This document shows positions 26,772-40,444 of a stretch of 64,000 nt of DNA, piece after piece. Under the pieces are notes generated by a model. It searched no databases and was not told the DNA's origin. It worked only from the letters and a program-made list of their open reading frames with translations. The position numbers and the translations under genes were made by a program. The stretch is from Eledone cirrhosa (taxonomy: Eukaryota). Each line of letters begins with the position of its first letter. Position 1 is the first letter of the stretch. Where the stretch lies: positions 45,880,001 to 45,944,000 of the forward strand of contig OZ024747.1 of the NCBI GenBank assembly GCA_964016885.1, read 5' to 3'.

Positions 26772-28448
26772 GCAATAATAATAAATGCGACGACTAAAAT
26801 CCAAAGAGGGCTTGATAAGGATAAATATATATCAAATATATAAGAACCATAGAGCAAATATTTAATATAATAACAGATTGAAGTTTAAGCTTTAAAAAGA
26901 AAATCAATCTGTGAACGCAGAAGTAAATATTTCGATAAACATTGAAGGAATTTATGTTAACTTCATATTTTTAGCTTCAACGCATGATTTTGACTACGTA
27001 AAACAATTAGATAATCTAGGCATATAAGCCCCAGACGAGCGATAAAATTGGGTAGCGCCTAGTTGACACTATCCACGTTTTTCCCATCTCCAGTGGCTTA
27101 TGTGCCCAATTTTGAAAACTATTGTTTCATAAGCATAAGCATAAGCCTTCATTGAAGCTGTTAACTTTAAGTTTACACACATTAAAACATTTGTATGCAT
27201 GTATATTTTTACGTATATATGTATATATTTGTTTTTTCATATGTATTCGTATGTTTATGCATGTATGTATACATGTATGTGTGTATGTATGTATGGTTGT
27301 ATATATGTATGCATATATGTATGTTTTGTTTCTATCATCTTTTTGTTATTTTCTCCAATAGAGTGACTAAAGCGATTTCTAAAACAGAAAGAAGTCTCTT
27401 TCATTGGAATTTAGAATATATCAACAAGGCAATTGTATGTGTTCGTGTGTGTATGTGCAGGTATGTATGTATATATGTATGTACGCCTGTATGTATATAC
27501 GTACGCGTGTGTATATATGTATGCAAGTATGTATGTATGTTTAAATAAATACATATACGTTTGTACTAATGCAAGTACGTATGTATAGATAAATACACTG
27601 ATATATTGATATTTAGAAAGATATGTGTTTGGTTGCTAGAGAGGTACATTCACAACCGAATTGATTTGAAACAGACGTTGCAGCATTATAATACACGAAT
27701 TATTTAATAATGAATAAAAAAAGAAAAAATGAATGCCGCCTGTATATTATTTGTTGTTCTATTCCTTAAGGAAATAGAAGGTGCCATAAACATCCATTGG
27801 ACTATATTTAAAAATGGTAAATCTCCGTTAGATTTAATGAGTGATTGTTACAAAGAAATCGCATTGATAAATACGATTATAAATAACAATTGAAGGAGAT
27901 CAAACGAGGAAATAAAATAAATAAAAAAGAACAACTAAATACATATAAAACAACATCACAAACAAATAATAAAAATTCTGCTTAGAATATTCGCGTCAAG
28001 ATTATCAACAACTGTTCAAAATAATATTTGGTATAACGTCTCTGTACTAAGATAGAAGACATATTTGCAGATTATGCCTTGAATTTATAATCAAGTTTAG
28101 CATAGTAGAAAACTCAGCGTATAAATACAAATATTATTTACATGTATCAGGCAAATCTTGATAAAGTATGATTGATTTAAGGGAAGACTTATTGTAAAAC
28201 TTTCAATAGTCAGTAGTAATGAAGGATAAAACCCAGACAAAAGAAAAGATTTAGTGTCTTTCGTTTATCTCTCTATCTCTCTCCCACTCTCTGTCTCCCC
28301 TCTATCCCCCCCTTCTCCCTCTCTCTCTCTATACATATATATACGTATATATATAGAGAGAGAGGGGAAGTGAGTGAGAGAGATATTTACACTCTACTAA
28401 TGCATTGAGTACTTTACTTACTGTGGTTACCCCCGATTGAACCCGAAA

Positions 28449-28494
<46 letters not shown>

Positions 28495-28497
<3 letters not shown>

Positions 28498-29010
28498 CGT
28501 ATCTCCAAAGAAATACGGTTTTAGGAAGCCGTAGCTATACAAACACCGGGAGGCTAACGCCCTCTGGTGATGTCCAGCAGAAGGGGGACAACCGTCTATG
28601 CATTTCAGGCTTAACTGACCTTTGACAGGACGGTCCCTCCCACCGCTTGCGACTGCTGGACTAGAAGACAGCCGAGAATATATACTTTGCTCGTCTGTGT
28701 AAATGAGGTGATTAATCTCATTTGCATATGAAGCTGCATAAGTTGGCTCAACTTATAATTTAAAAAAAAGAGCGAAATCCTATTTCTTATTTTATTATAA
28801 GTATATATTCTCGGTTGTCTTCTCGTCCAGCAGTCGCAATCGGTGGGAGGGACCGTCCTGACGAAGGCCAGTTAAGCCTGAAACGCATAGACGGTTGTCC
28901 CCCTTGCTTCTGCTTGGCATCACCAGAGGGCGTTAGCCCCCCGGTGTTTGCATAGCTACGGCTTCCTAAAACCGTATTTCTTTGGACAAATATTTATACA
29001 TACGAAATAT
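28495..29010. mobile_element. fold-back HHR element with ~185-bp arms and ~110-bp spacer
   Basis: 28504-28688 is inverted at 28799-28986. Adjacent to (TA)n. Confidence 0.8.
28852..28895 (+). ncRNA. minimal type I hammerhead ribozyme
   Basis: ACCGTC-CTGACGA-AGGC-cagttaa-GCCT-GAAACGCATA-GACGGT. The mirror arm has the palindromic form GAAATGCATA. Confidence 0.78.
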
Positions 29011-29146
29011 TTATACATATTGTATAAAGCTATGCTTGAAGCGAAATGCTATTTCTTCTCATATATATATATAAACTCTAGAAGAAGTTTGGTAGAAGAG
29101 CACACAGTTCATAGGACGAGTTAAGTATAATTAGTTACAAGACAGA

Positions 29147-29288
29147 CATACAGATATCTATCTATATATAATTAGTTACAAGATTGACATAAACTGGTAC
29201 TTAAATTTCATTGGTTTGTTTAGCCCAACGAAATTTAAGTACCAGTTTATGTCAATCTTGTAACTAATTATATATAGATAGATATGTG

Positions 29289-29290
<2 letters not shown>
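29147..29290. repeat. short fold-back with ~65-bp arms next to (TA)n
   Basis: TATATATAATTAGTTACAAGATTGACATAAACTGGTACTTAAATTTC is followed by its exact inverse. Confidence 0.75.
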
Positions 29291-29378
<88 letters not shown>

Positions 29379-29732
29379 CAGCTAGATTCGGATTTCGGCT
29401 GTGGTCGAAAACAAAGCAAAACGCAATATCCGAGATATATATATATATTGTTCAAGAATAAAGAAGACAAACGCAGAGATGTAAAACATAAAATCGTATT
29501 TGTTTCACGCTTGGAAATAAATAAATTAGTGTTTCAACGTATCTGATGTAAGTCTATCTTCAGTAAATAGCAATTTTGAAGAGACAGAGAAAATGCTGGA
29601 ATAACAGAGCTTGCGGAAAAAAAAAATTAAGAAAGCTGAAGAGGGTAGGAAAGTAGTCCAGCGTGCGGGAATAGGGGTCGAGGTGGAGTGTACATAATGG
29701 TGGAGATAGATGAATATTATATATCATGATAG

Positions 29733-29921
29733 GGCTGTGGATTGGCAGTATCGGTAGAGAGTCGGACGCCATGCTTTCCAGCATAGTTATGTCCCTTTAC
29801 GGTCTGAGTTTAAATCCCGTCGAGGTTAACTTTGCCTTTCATCCTTACGGGGTCGATAAAATAAAGTACCAGTAATGCATTGGGAAATTGATGGCCGTGT
29901 GCCAAAAGTAGAAACAATTAT
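29733..29921 (+). mobile_element. SINE
   Basis: Matches the SINE consensus. Confidence 0.85.
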
Positions 29922-29925
29922 ATAT

Positions 29926-30120
29926 CGTTTAACGTCCATCTTCCACGCTAGCATGGGTTAGACTGTTTTGCTGCGGGAATGGTCGAGAGACCATGCCTCG
30001 CTCGCGCGGAAGCGTCTCTGGCAGGTTTTTTACAGCTGGATGCCCTTCCTAAAACCAACCACATTTACAGTGTGGACTGGAAACCATTTAACCGTGTCTC
30101 CTACACGGCCACCTTACAGT
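29926..30120 (-). mobile_element. second SINE-like repeat, probably RTE-associated
   Basis: GTTTTTACAGCTGGATGCCCTTCCTAAAACCAACCAC resembles a motif I recall from short retroposons; not verified. Confidence 0.45.
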
Positions 30121-30186
30121 GTGGACTGTTGTGTCAACGACACAGTGGACGGAAAGAGAGAGAAAGGATGGAGTAGATATATATAC

Positions 30187-30218
<32 letters not shown>

Positions 30219-30384
30219 TGATTGAGAGAGAGGGGGAGAAAGGGAGAGAGAAAAAAACATTAAAGGAGTATTCGCATCAGTTTCCGTTAGTGTAATCAAT
30301 TATTTTAGAGTGATTCTATAACAATAATCTTCTCACTCTTCTGGAATGTGGTGTTTTGAATAATAATTGTTGTAAATTTCTATC

Positions 30385-30429
<45 letters not shown>

Positions 30430-30988
30430 TGTAGTAAACCGAAGTCTGTGGTAGATGGGAAAAGTGAGAAAGTGCCGGGTAGATTTCTATGTTCGAATCA
30501 AAAAGAAAGACACGGAAGCGTTGAAAATATCGTATAGATTAAAAAAGATAAACACAAAGAAAAATTACCCAGCCATGTTACTTTTACGCTTGCTGTAAAA
30601 GGAAAAGGAATGGAATATCTCGCCGTACCTAACCTTGGTCCTTCATCAGGGGGAGTAATATTAAGAGAAAAAAAGGCTGGAATACTGAAGAGAAAAAAGT
30701 ATTTGACAAGATCGGTGAGGTGGGCAGCTATGTAGCCCAGCATGTGGAGTTGAGTGTCAAGATGAGTGCGGAGTGTATATATCATTGGTATTGATATATG
30801 TATGCAGACGAGGGTTATTTGGGGGTGGAGGTAAAACATCCACGTGATAAGATGGAGCTGGAGGCAACGGCTGAAAATGTAGAGTTTTCTGGAAAACCGG
30901 GGTTCTGCAGCGAAACGCGCGTATTCAACAGATGGAAATTTTGTGAATTTAAACAGATTTTGTGCGTGTGTATATATATATATATATG

Positions 30989-31064
<76 letters not shown>

Positions 31065-31073
31065 ATGTATGTA

Positions 31074-31157
<84 letters not shown>

Positions 31158-31212
31158 GATAGATAGGTATAAATAAATATACACGGATGTGTATGATTGT
31201 GTATAGAAGATT

Positions 31213-31535
31213 ATATTAATAAAAGGAATTCCAACTTTGTCTGATTTACTCGTTTTATTTACAATCCTTTACAGTACTTTCATGCTTTCGCAATCTTCAG
31301 GTTCATATTCTGTGGTGACAGTCAAGTTTGCAATTTTCAACAGTTGAAAATTGCAAACTTGACTGTCACCACAGAATATGAACCTGAAGATTGCGAAGGC
31401 ATAAAAGCACTTGTTCAGTTAACACTTAACATTTAACATTCTACCATACTATTCCATTCTAATACCATTATACATTTTAAAGGATTGTAAATAAAACGAG
31501 TAAATCAGACAAAGTTGGAATTCCTTTTATTAATA
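31213..31535. mobile_element. nested fold-back HHR element, centre 31342
   Basis: Inner arms 31273-31341 and 31343-31411; outer arms 31213-31270 and 31477-31535. HHR at 31379-31417: TGAAC-CTGAAGA-TTGC-gaag-GCAT-(A/G)AAAG(C/T)ACTT-GTTCA. Confidence 0.75.
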
Positions 31536-31567
31536 TATATATATATATATATATGTATGTATATATG

Positions 31568-31628
<61 letters not shown>

Positions 31629-31629
31629 G

Positions 31630-31660
<31 letters not shown>

Positions 31661-31836
31661 GTATATATATATATATATGTATATATATGTATATATATAT
31701 ATATATATGTATATATATGTATATATATATATGTATATATATATAAATATATATATATGTATATATATATGTATATATATGTATATATTTATATGTGTAT
31801 ATATATATATGTGTATATATATATATGTATATATAA

Positions 31837-32340
31837 AATAAAGTAATTAAGTCAAATAATTGGCTTCGTTTATTAAAGGTGTACTGTCATATATATTTCG
31901 GTGACAGCCATCATTGGCTGTGATCTCTTCAGGCAGTCCGAATTGGTGTGGTAGAGATGGGTACACATGTTGTTGAAGTGTTTTACTCCGTCAATACTCC
32001 GATATGTCCAGCTCCTGGTTGGGTTGTTATTTCTCTGAGGAACTGTAATCATATGATTCCAGTTCCTCAGAAAAATAACAACCCAACCAGGAGCTGGACA
32101 TATCGACTTAACAACATGTGTACCTGTCTCTACCACACCAATTCGAACTGCCTGAAGAGGTCACAACCAACGATGGCTGTCACCGAAATATATATAGCAG
32201 TACATATTTAATAAACGAAGCCAAATCTTAAATATTTGACATAATTACTTTATTTTACATTACTCCGGAGTAACCAAACCAACCTGCGTACTTCGTCGAG
32301 TGCTCCAATCTGCATACAGAGGTGTCGGTAAACAAGCAAC
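31837..32340. mobile_element. fold-back HHR element with ~210-bp arms and unique tail
   Basis: Centre at about 32052 (CATATG). The tail has GAGTGCTC at 32298-32305. (TA)n on both sides. Confidence 0.8.
32147..32201 (+). ncRNA. type I hammerhead ribozyme; mirror copy at 31883-31937 on the minus strand
   Basis: ACTGC-CTGAAGA-GGTCACAACCA-acga-TGGCTGTCACC-GAAATATATATA-GCAGT, then AATAAA. Related to the 9344 HHR. Confidence 0.8.
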
Positions 32341-32356
32341 ATATACTCAAAATATA

Positions 32357-32389
<33 letters not shown>

Positions 32390-32412
32390 ATATATATATA
32401 TGTATATATGTG

Positions 32413-32493
<81 letters not shown>

Positions 32494-32526
32494 GTATATA
32501 TATATAGTTATTTATATATATATGTA

Positions 32527-32577
<51 letters not shown>

Positions 32578-32606
32578 GTATATATATATACGTATATATA
32601 TACACG

Positions 32607-32649
<43 letters not shown>

Positions 32650-32863
32650 ATACATATACATAGTTAATGTAAGTATATATATATGTGTGTGTGTGTGCGC
32701 GCGTGTGTGTGTGTGTGCGTGCGCGTGTGTATGTGTGCGTGCGCGTGTGTATAGGTGCATGTATGTGTTACATTGTTTAGAATCTCAAATCCCTGACCGA
32801 AACATTCGTAAGCCTAGGTGAAACTGTTGGACTGTAGAGAGAGAGAGAGAGAGAGAGAGGGGG

Positions 32864-32943
<80 letters not shown>

Positions 32944-33544
32944 GGGGTAAATACTAAGAAAGCAGAGATCTTGGAAGAAGAAATCGGAAGGGATAGGTTG
33001 TGAGTGTAGCAAGCTGTCAAGGCCAGACATGTTGTGTGTTCCCGAAGTCTATAAAGTCTCGCTAATGTTGGCGCAGATCAGCAAGGAAAAATATTCTATT
33101 GAAACAACGACATGGGAATTATATGGTCATCTCTCGTCAGTAGACAGTTGGAATTTAAAATAAGGGCAAGTTTCAATTGTAAATTCTGAACACTGAACAA
33201 TGTAGCTGACAGTTCTGTCTTCGTCTGTTTGCATTTTTCCCCAGATACCTTCATCAATAGATTACAATCAGCAACGCAAAGTTAAACAGTTTTCTGTGTC
33301 ACAGGAATCCTATTGCACAATTATATAACTCTCGACTTACACATCTTCACTTCATTAAAAAGTCATTATAATCATTATTTTCTTTTTTTTTACCATGGAT
33401 TACTTTTCCTTTATTGCTATACTCAGTTATAGACATCAAACTGATTTTACTGAATTGTTGAATTGTTATTATATCATTGCTGTGGTTGTTGTTGTTATCG
33501 TCGTTCTTGTCGTCGTCGTCGTCTTTGTTGTTATTCTTGTTCTC

Positions 33545-33575
<31 letters not shown>

Positions 33576-35400
33576 TTTTAGCAGCATATTAGCTTTGATC
33601 TAACAGATCTATATCAAAGATATTCCAGCTGTAACCTTACTAATGTTCTAATGCATAGTTTATCTACAATTGCCTTTCGTTATGTGTGTGTTTTAAAAGA
33701 GCAGGGTGTTATTTGAGAGAGATTTCCATCAGATTAAGTGACCAGATAACGGCTCCTTCATTTCTTGATTTTCTTGTTAATCTTTACCTCCATAACCTCT
33801 CTCATGGAACAGATCTGTGACAAATGTCCCACTTATAACCATCACATCTTTGGCTTTTCGGTTATAGTGTGCCTAGGAATGGATTATTTGATAAAGATAG
33901 AATGACCATTGAAGATATTGCATTGCAGATAACTATTGTTAATAGTTATGAATGTAATGGTAGTTGTAGTGTTGAAAGTATAAATAGTGACGATGCTAGT
34001 AGTGGTGTTAAATGCAATAACGATGTAGATGGTATTAGTAACAATGATGAATAAGTAAATGATTGTCAAAGTCGGTAGAGCGGCATTTGTTCCAAGTCTT
34101 TCCTTATATTCTAATTCCAAATCCCGCCAAGGTCATATTCCTCATTCATCCTTCCAGGTGTTGATAAAATAAAGTACCACTCAAGCACTGGGGACAATTT
34201 AATCGACTTCCTCTTCCTCTAGAATTGCTGGTCTTGTGTCTAAATTAGAAATAATTATTAGTTTTTGCATATGAAAATTGGTAGAGCCTTTCAGAAGATT
34301 CTTCATTATATTTGCTCCGTTTCTTTATGGTCTGAGTTAAAGTGCTATAGAATCTAAGGTTGCATGTTTCTTCTTCTTTGTTCAATAAAATACTTGTTAA
34401 ATAATTGGCTCGATTTATCTTCTAATCCCTCAAAATAATTGTTTAACCTTGTATCTATATTAGAAAGAATTAGTAGTTATGATACTGAAAGTGTAAATGG
34501 TTATGCTGGGAGGTGTTTATGTTTGCTGTGGTGAAAGTGAATTATTGTGACACCAGTCTCAAAACTACCTACCAAAATAATCGTAAACATATTTCTTGAT
34601 TTCTAATTCAGGCTAGCAAATTTATGGGAAAAGCAACGCTGATTAAACCAGCGCCAGTACTTGATTTGTTGGTTATTTTATCGACGCCTAGACCAGGTCC
34701 AGCTGGAACTATTCTCCTCTTCCTCTGATATTGGTCATTTTCTTAAAAGAGAGTGTATTGATTGGCAGAATGAAGAGGGCATCAGAAAAGACACCATGTA
34801 GTAATTACACACAATATTTTAAGTTTGGATTTTAACTCTCACCGAACTCAACTTAACATATCAATCTTCCATTTCAATCTTCCGGCATCAATACCGTAAG
34901 TACCAGTTAAATATTCGGACGATTTAATCGATTGTGCCTTTGAAAGACATTAATATTAAAGAAAACAGAATTCTAATGTGAATTAGAACTAGCATCTTGT
35001 CGATGCTGACAATATACTCCACATTATGTTAAATTTTAAACAACTCACAATAGAACATTAAAATGATACACGGTTTACTGATACAAAATGGATCATGTTT
35101 ATCTTTGTGATATGTGTAATGTGTACACCCACCTCCTCACATATATAAAATATGGTGTATAAAAATGTTAATTTAGTGAACCTTTTAACAATCAAGATTA
35201 TTTTCACTAATAAGCAAACACGAGCAACATAATTTTTACCAATATCTTCCGCAGATTAAACTTGTCTGGCCTTTCTAAGCTGGATTAATGTCTCAACTTG
35301 TTATCAAGCAGATTTTAATATGTTATTGGAGGTGGGAGTAATATAAGCAAAATTATTATTGAATAATCCTGTTTAGTAGTTATTATTATCTTTAAAGCAT

Positions 35401-38400
35401 TCATAATTTGGTTTCCCCAAGAACGTCGTCGCTCTTTCTCTCCATTAACCCCCTATAGAACGCCGAGGTGGATGTTCCACCGATGCTAGTTCCCAGCTGG
35501 TAGAGGGCGGTGAGCGCTTGGAGACATTCCAGATTCCAAGCGCTATCCCTCGGTCTTTTCCTGATCCAGGACTGCTGCTCCGTCAAGGAGACGAGCTGAG
35601 GAAAAGCGCGTCTGGCAAACGGCGACCACACCTGTTCACCGTCATGGAAGCACCAGAGATGTCGCATCCTCAGCGCATGTATGCGCATCATCAGCGACGG
35701 CATGCCTAGTCCTCCACGCAACGGGTGTTGACATCTAATGGATCGTCTGACCATAGGAGCACGTCCCTTTCACAAAAAGCGGAAGAGAAGGCGCTCCATT
35801 TTGGTCAGAGTTGGGCGGGGTCAAGGTACGACGGTCAGGCGGTAGCAGATGACGGACGCTATGTACGCATTCGCCACCTGCGCCCGACCTTTTAGAGACA
35901 GCCTCCTCTCGGCCCATTTCTGAGTGAGAGAGGCCACCCTGCTCGTCACCTCGCTCCAGTTTTTCTCAATCTGGAGGTCCGGTCCGAAACAGACCCCGAG
36001 CAATTTAACCGGTCCACAATTTAAGCACCCCACGACGCTGTCGGACGGCATGGACTTGTCTCTCCAGGTGCCTTTTCCTGGTATAGTTTTGCTCCTGTCA
36101 CCGCTTCGTGTTTATTGAGAACGGGGCCGAACATCTGGACGTGTTTGGTGCTCGACACCACCACAGTGACGTCGTCAGGGTAAGCTGACACGGATCTCCC
36201 GCATCCCAGTTTGCGTGGGAACACCCTCATCGTTTCCAATTTGTGCAGTAACGGCGCGAGGGCCAGTACGTACAAGAGGAACGAGAGGGGGCAACTCTGG
36301 CGGACCGAGCACATGATGCTGAAAGGCTGCGACAGGTGACCATTGACCCTCACAATCTAGCAGATGTCACTGTGCATCGCAGCGATCCAGCCCCTAAAAA
36401 CGGCCGCTTCAAGGACGCAGCCAGGTACCGATGGTCGACAATATCAAATGCTTTAGATTGATCCAAGTTGATCAGGGCCCCACCCGTTCCAGGTTCCTTA
36501 ACCACCCTCTCTATGATGTATCGCATGAGATGGAGGGTGTCGTGGATGGATCTGTCCGGAATCGCGCATGCCTGCGCCTCTCCCACCAGATCACTGACGA
36601 CAAGCGCCAATCTCTTTGCTAACACCTTGGTCAAAATCTTAAACTCTGCGTTTAGCAGAGTTATGGGCCTGAAGTTGTCTATAACGTCCCCATTGTCTAT
36701 AACGCCCCCCTTTTCTCTCAGCATCGCCACCACTCCCCGGCTCACAAAAGTGGGAATGCTCCTGTTCTGCTGCAAGTTGCAGTAGACATCTGCCAAGAGG
36801 TCGCCGAACAAGTCTGGCATATACGCATAAAGTTCGTAGGGCTACCATCCAAACCTGGCGATTTACCCATCGTGCAGTTAGACATCGCTTCCCGTATTTC
36901 ACCTGCTGTTATCGGCTTTTCGCAGCACTGCGCTGCAGTCGTCGAGAGCCGCGGCACACCGTCGAGGTATGCACTGAAGTCCATACTCCGATCCGGCCCG
37001 CCGCCGCTCCCGAACAATTGACCAAAGTGTTGTTGAAAAGCCGCACACATCAGCTCGGGTTCGAGCAACCTGCTCCCGTTTTGACCAGGCAAAGACGGAA
37101 TTGTGGACTTGTTGCCATGTCGCGCCTCCACCAACCGGGCCCATTGAACGGCTTTCGTCCCCTCGTGTCTTAGAGCACACGCTCTAGCTCTGACAACGCA
37201 GCCTTCGTGCTTTGCGTTGAAGAATTGGTCGAGTGCCAATCTCACCGCAAGCACGTCGGTTGCGATGCCTGTCCTAAACGCTTCTTCTAGCTTTCTAACT
37301 CTCCATCTACTCTACTTTCCTCTATCACTCCTTTGCTAAACCTTATCGATTCTACTCTAATAGCCCTTTTCAGGGTAAACCACCACCTATTGTTGACTAT
37401 CGCATCCGTCAACGCACGCTTAACTAATTCGCTAATCCGGTCTCTGTAAGCTATGCGCACCGGAAAAGGCGCATTCAGCTTCCAGTATCCGGGCCCTTGC
37501 CTATGGAGTCTATCTAAGTCAAATTCACAGATCACAAATTTGTGGTCCGTGTAGTCGACACTAGCCATATCTGTTTCCCTACAGAATACCCTATCTAAAT
37601 ATGATCTGGATGACCCGATGCGGTTTGCCCATGTCCACATTGGCACATTCGGATAATCCAGTCTATATCTGTCAGACGTCTAAGCAGGTTGTTGAGGCTT
37701 TTACACCCTCCTGCCCTGTGTACTAGCCCCACATAATCCCAGTATGCATCTAAGATACCGTTCCAGTCGCCCACTAACACTAAAGAGCGGGACGTTCCAA
37801 GAAAGTTCTCTAGACGTCTGAAGAAATCTGGCCATCCTGCCCCTCTTGGGGCGTAGACGGCTACTTGTCTGAAAGCATTGCCTTCGCTGCCGGTCACGTC
37901 CAGCACCACCGACTTTCCTTCTGGGTCCAGGAAGATGTCCCATATGGCGAGATCCAAGCCTCTCCGAAAAAGCACGGCAACTCCTCCCCCTGATCCTGGA
38001 CGGCTGGGAGATGCGTATACACCGTAGCTGCCGAAGATCAGTGCGAAGGCTTGTGCTTCGGAGATTCTGGTCTCGCTGATGGCCACCACATCTATGTTTA
38101 GTGACCTGAGGTCGTTGAGCAGGTGACCCTGCTTCCAAGATGACCCCAGGCCACGTACATTTATACTGCCTATTCTAAGTACGGCTATGTTGGATGGAAA
38201 CCGGGGTAAGTGAGAAAGGATCACTTACCTTGATCGTGTGGTGAAGGGACAGTAGAACCGTCCCTTTGGCTGGTCATGGGTGTTTCCAAGATGATGTCCG
38301 TGTATATCCTCTTGGTAACCGACCCTCTGAAGTCTCCAACTGCGTTGGGGAATTTTTCTTTTAAAAGTTTGTAATGTTCTATTTTGATTTCAATGATGTC

Positions 38401-40205
38401 TATGTTTTTCGGGAGAGTTCTTGGTGTTGGTGAGATGTAGTAATTTTTTTCTGTGATGCCTGTGTGCTGCTTTATATGTTGTAAGAGTTCTTTAGTTGCC
38501 ATGTTTATGGCTGTGTACTTTTTGGGGGGAGGGCTGATTTTGTTGTTGTTTTCTTGTTGCTGCTGTTGGGTGTGTGTGTTTTGTTGTGTTTGCTATGTTG
38601 GTGTTTTTGGTGATGCTTGTGGTGGTGTGGTTGTTGTTGGTGGTGATGCTTTTGGTGGTGATGGTGGTGATGTTGCTGCAAGGCTCTTTGCAGCCTTTAC
38701 GCTTCTTTGTTTTCCTTCGTTTTGGAGGGTGAAGCTAGGGTTTTTTTTTGTTTTCTTTTGTTTTTTGTGTCAGACCGTTTGCTACTTCCCTCCCGCCTCA
38801 TACTCCATGTCGGATTCTGTGGCGTCTGGGAGGGGTATGATCTCCACTGCTGTTGGTGGTGGTAGTGGAGCCCGCTCCGGCGATTTTGCCGCCGGTGTAG
38901 CTACTGTGACTCTTGGTGTTGCCGCCACTGCTGCCGCTGTTTTAGTTGTCCGTGTCCTTGGTATGGGTGCCACGGACGTTGCCCTCCTACTCCACATGGA
39001 AGGGTATTCTGCCTCTGTTGCCTGCTCTGCTCTTGGTAGCAGCGGATCAGGCGCCAGAAGGAGGGGGGGCCCACTTCTTGGCTGTCTTCTGCGGGCAGAA
39101 GGCCCTGAGTTGACCCTTCCGCCCACAGAGATAGCACTTTGGGCGCCTTCCTTCCACACTTATAGGGAGTTGGAGTCCTTCCTCGAGGTCCATGATGTCT
39201 GGGATGGCCTCGATGCACTCCTGGGCATTTTGTATTAGCATTTGCATGCCTATTTCTGACCAGTTCTCTCTTCCCATTCTCTGTATTTCCAGTATGGTGG
39301 TCTTCTCCTAGATTCCAACAAGTATAGACGCGGCCAGCCAAGGTATGGGCACATCAGGCGGGACCGAAGTCACTTTGACCCTCACAATTTTCTGCCCGCA
39401 GTAGGAGGGAACCAAGACTATCTCCTTACTCTTTAGGGTTTCTAAAGAGTGAGACTTCGCCTCTTGGGGTGTGGCGAAAAGTACGTCCACTTTGGCGAAC
39501 TTTTTGCCTCGGGTGATGTGGGTTTTGCGCGCCCAGACGCACCCAAAGGCCTTTTTGATCTGAGCCCCCGTGCCTCACTCCACCCGATGTGACATTTTGC
39601 TTACGGAGCAGTAAGTCACCGTGCGAAGCTTCTGGTCTTTGAAGAAATCAGGTGGAAGTTTCAGGGAAACTCTATTGTCATTTCTTGACACAATGGCTCT
39701 TGCGACTGCCATCTCCCCCTCTGTGACTAGCACTGTCTCTATATTTCGGGCCACACCTGCGAAAAAAGTGGCCCCTTTTCAGCGGCACCATTATTGCTGC
39801 CGCTACCGCCGCTACTGGTCTTGTTGTTGGTGCTGTTGCTGTTGCTATGGCTACAAACGGTGTTGTTGGTGTTGTTGCTGTTATCACTGTTGCTGTTATC
39901 ATTGTGTTTTTGGTGTCACCGTTGTTGTTGTTTTCGGTGCAATTTGTATTGCTGCTGTTGGTGTTGTCGTTGTTTATTTTCTTGTTAGTGGTGTTAATAT
40001 CGTTGTTGCATTTGTTGTCATTTTTTTCTGTTGTCTGTATTTTGGTTGTCGCTGTTATTGTTGTCGTTGGTGTTGTAATTTTTTTTAACTTAGTGTTCTG
40101 AGTGTTGTTGTCCTTGTTCACGTTGTTTGTGGTGGTGTTTGTTGTATGAATTTCACTAACCCTCTTCTCAACTTTTACGCCTCGGTCACACGACAGCAGA
40201 TATAT
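35401..40205 (-). mobile_element. Tx1/L1-clade LINE, frameshifted, 3' end missing
   Basis: (CAA)-rich 5' region; ORF1 with CYLCGRKGQLRAFC knuckle; APE endonuclease (SINVRGL, ISETR, VYAP, LVGDWN); RT (PGLDG, FRPITLLN, LDQSKAFD, VRQSCPLS, AYPDD). Confidence 0.9.
37595..38224 (-). pseudogene. LINE ORF2 apurinic-like endonuclease domain
   Basis: The 209-aa ORF carries APE motifs and is frameshifted downstream. Confidence 0.85.
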
Positions 40206-40444
40206 TGCTGAGGCGTTGCTCAGCCATGTTTTTTTTTTAACTTTTAAAAGTAAAATATTTAGGCCAAGAGGCACACATATTATACTTTCCCCTTCACAGG
40301 GCAAATTCCAAGGGATTATATTCCTTACACAACAAGAACAATTTAACAACAAATAATTATAACAGGTAAATAAAGCAACTTACTGGGAGCGAACCAAAAA
40401 GATGTCCGACAGACCAATAATAATAATAATAATAATAAAAATAA

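Noticed and set aside
29525-29570. CTGAAGA...GAAACACTA on the minus strand
   Set aside because: Stems too decayed to call an HHR.
33869-34054. Asp/Asn/Ser-rich ORF
   Set aside because: Decayed trinucleotide repeat.
38453-40101. Long plus-strand Cys/Val/Leu-rich ORFs; likewise 44209-44784, 49979-50389 and 50462-51091
   Set aside because: Antisense shadows of LINE or Penelope sequence.
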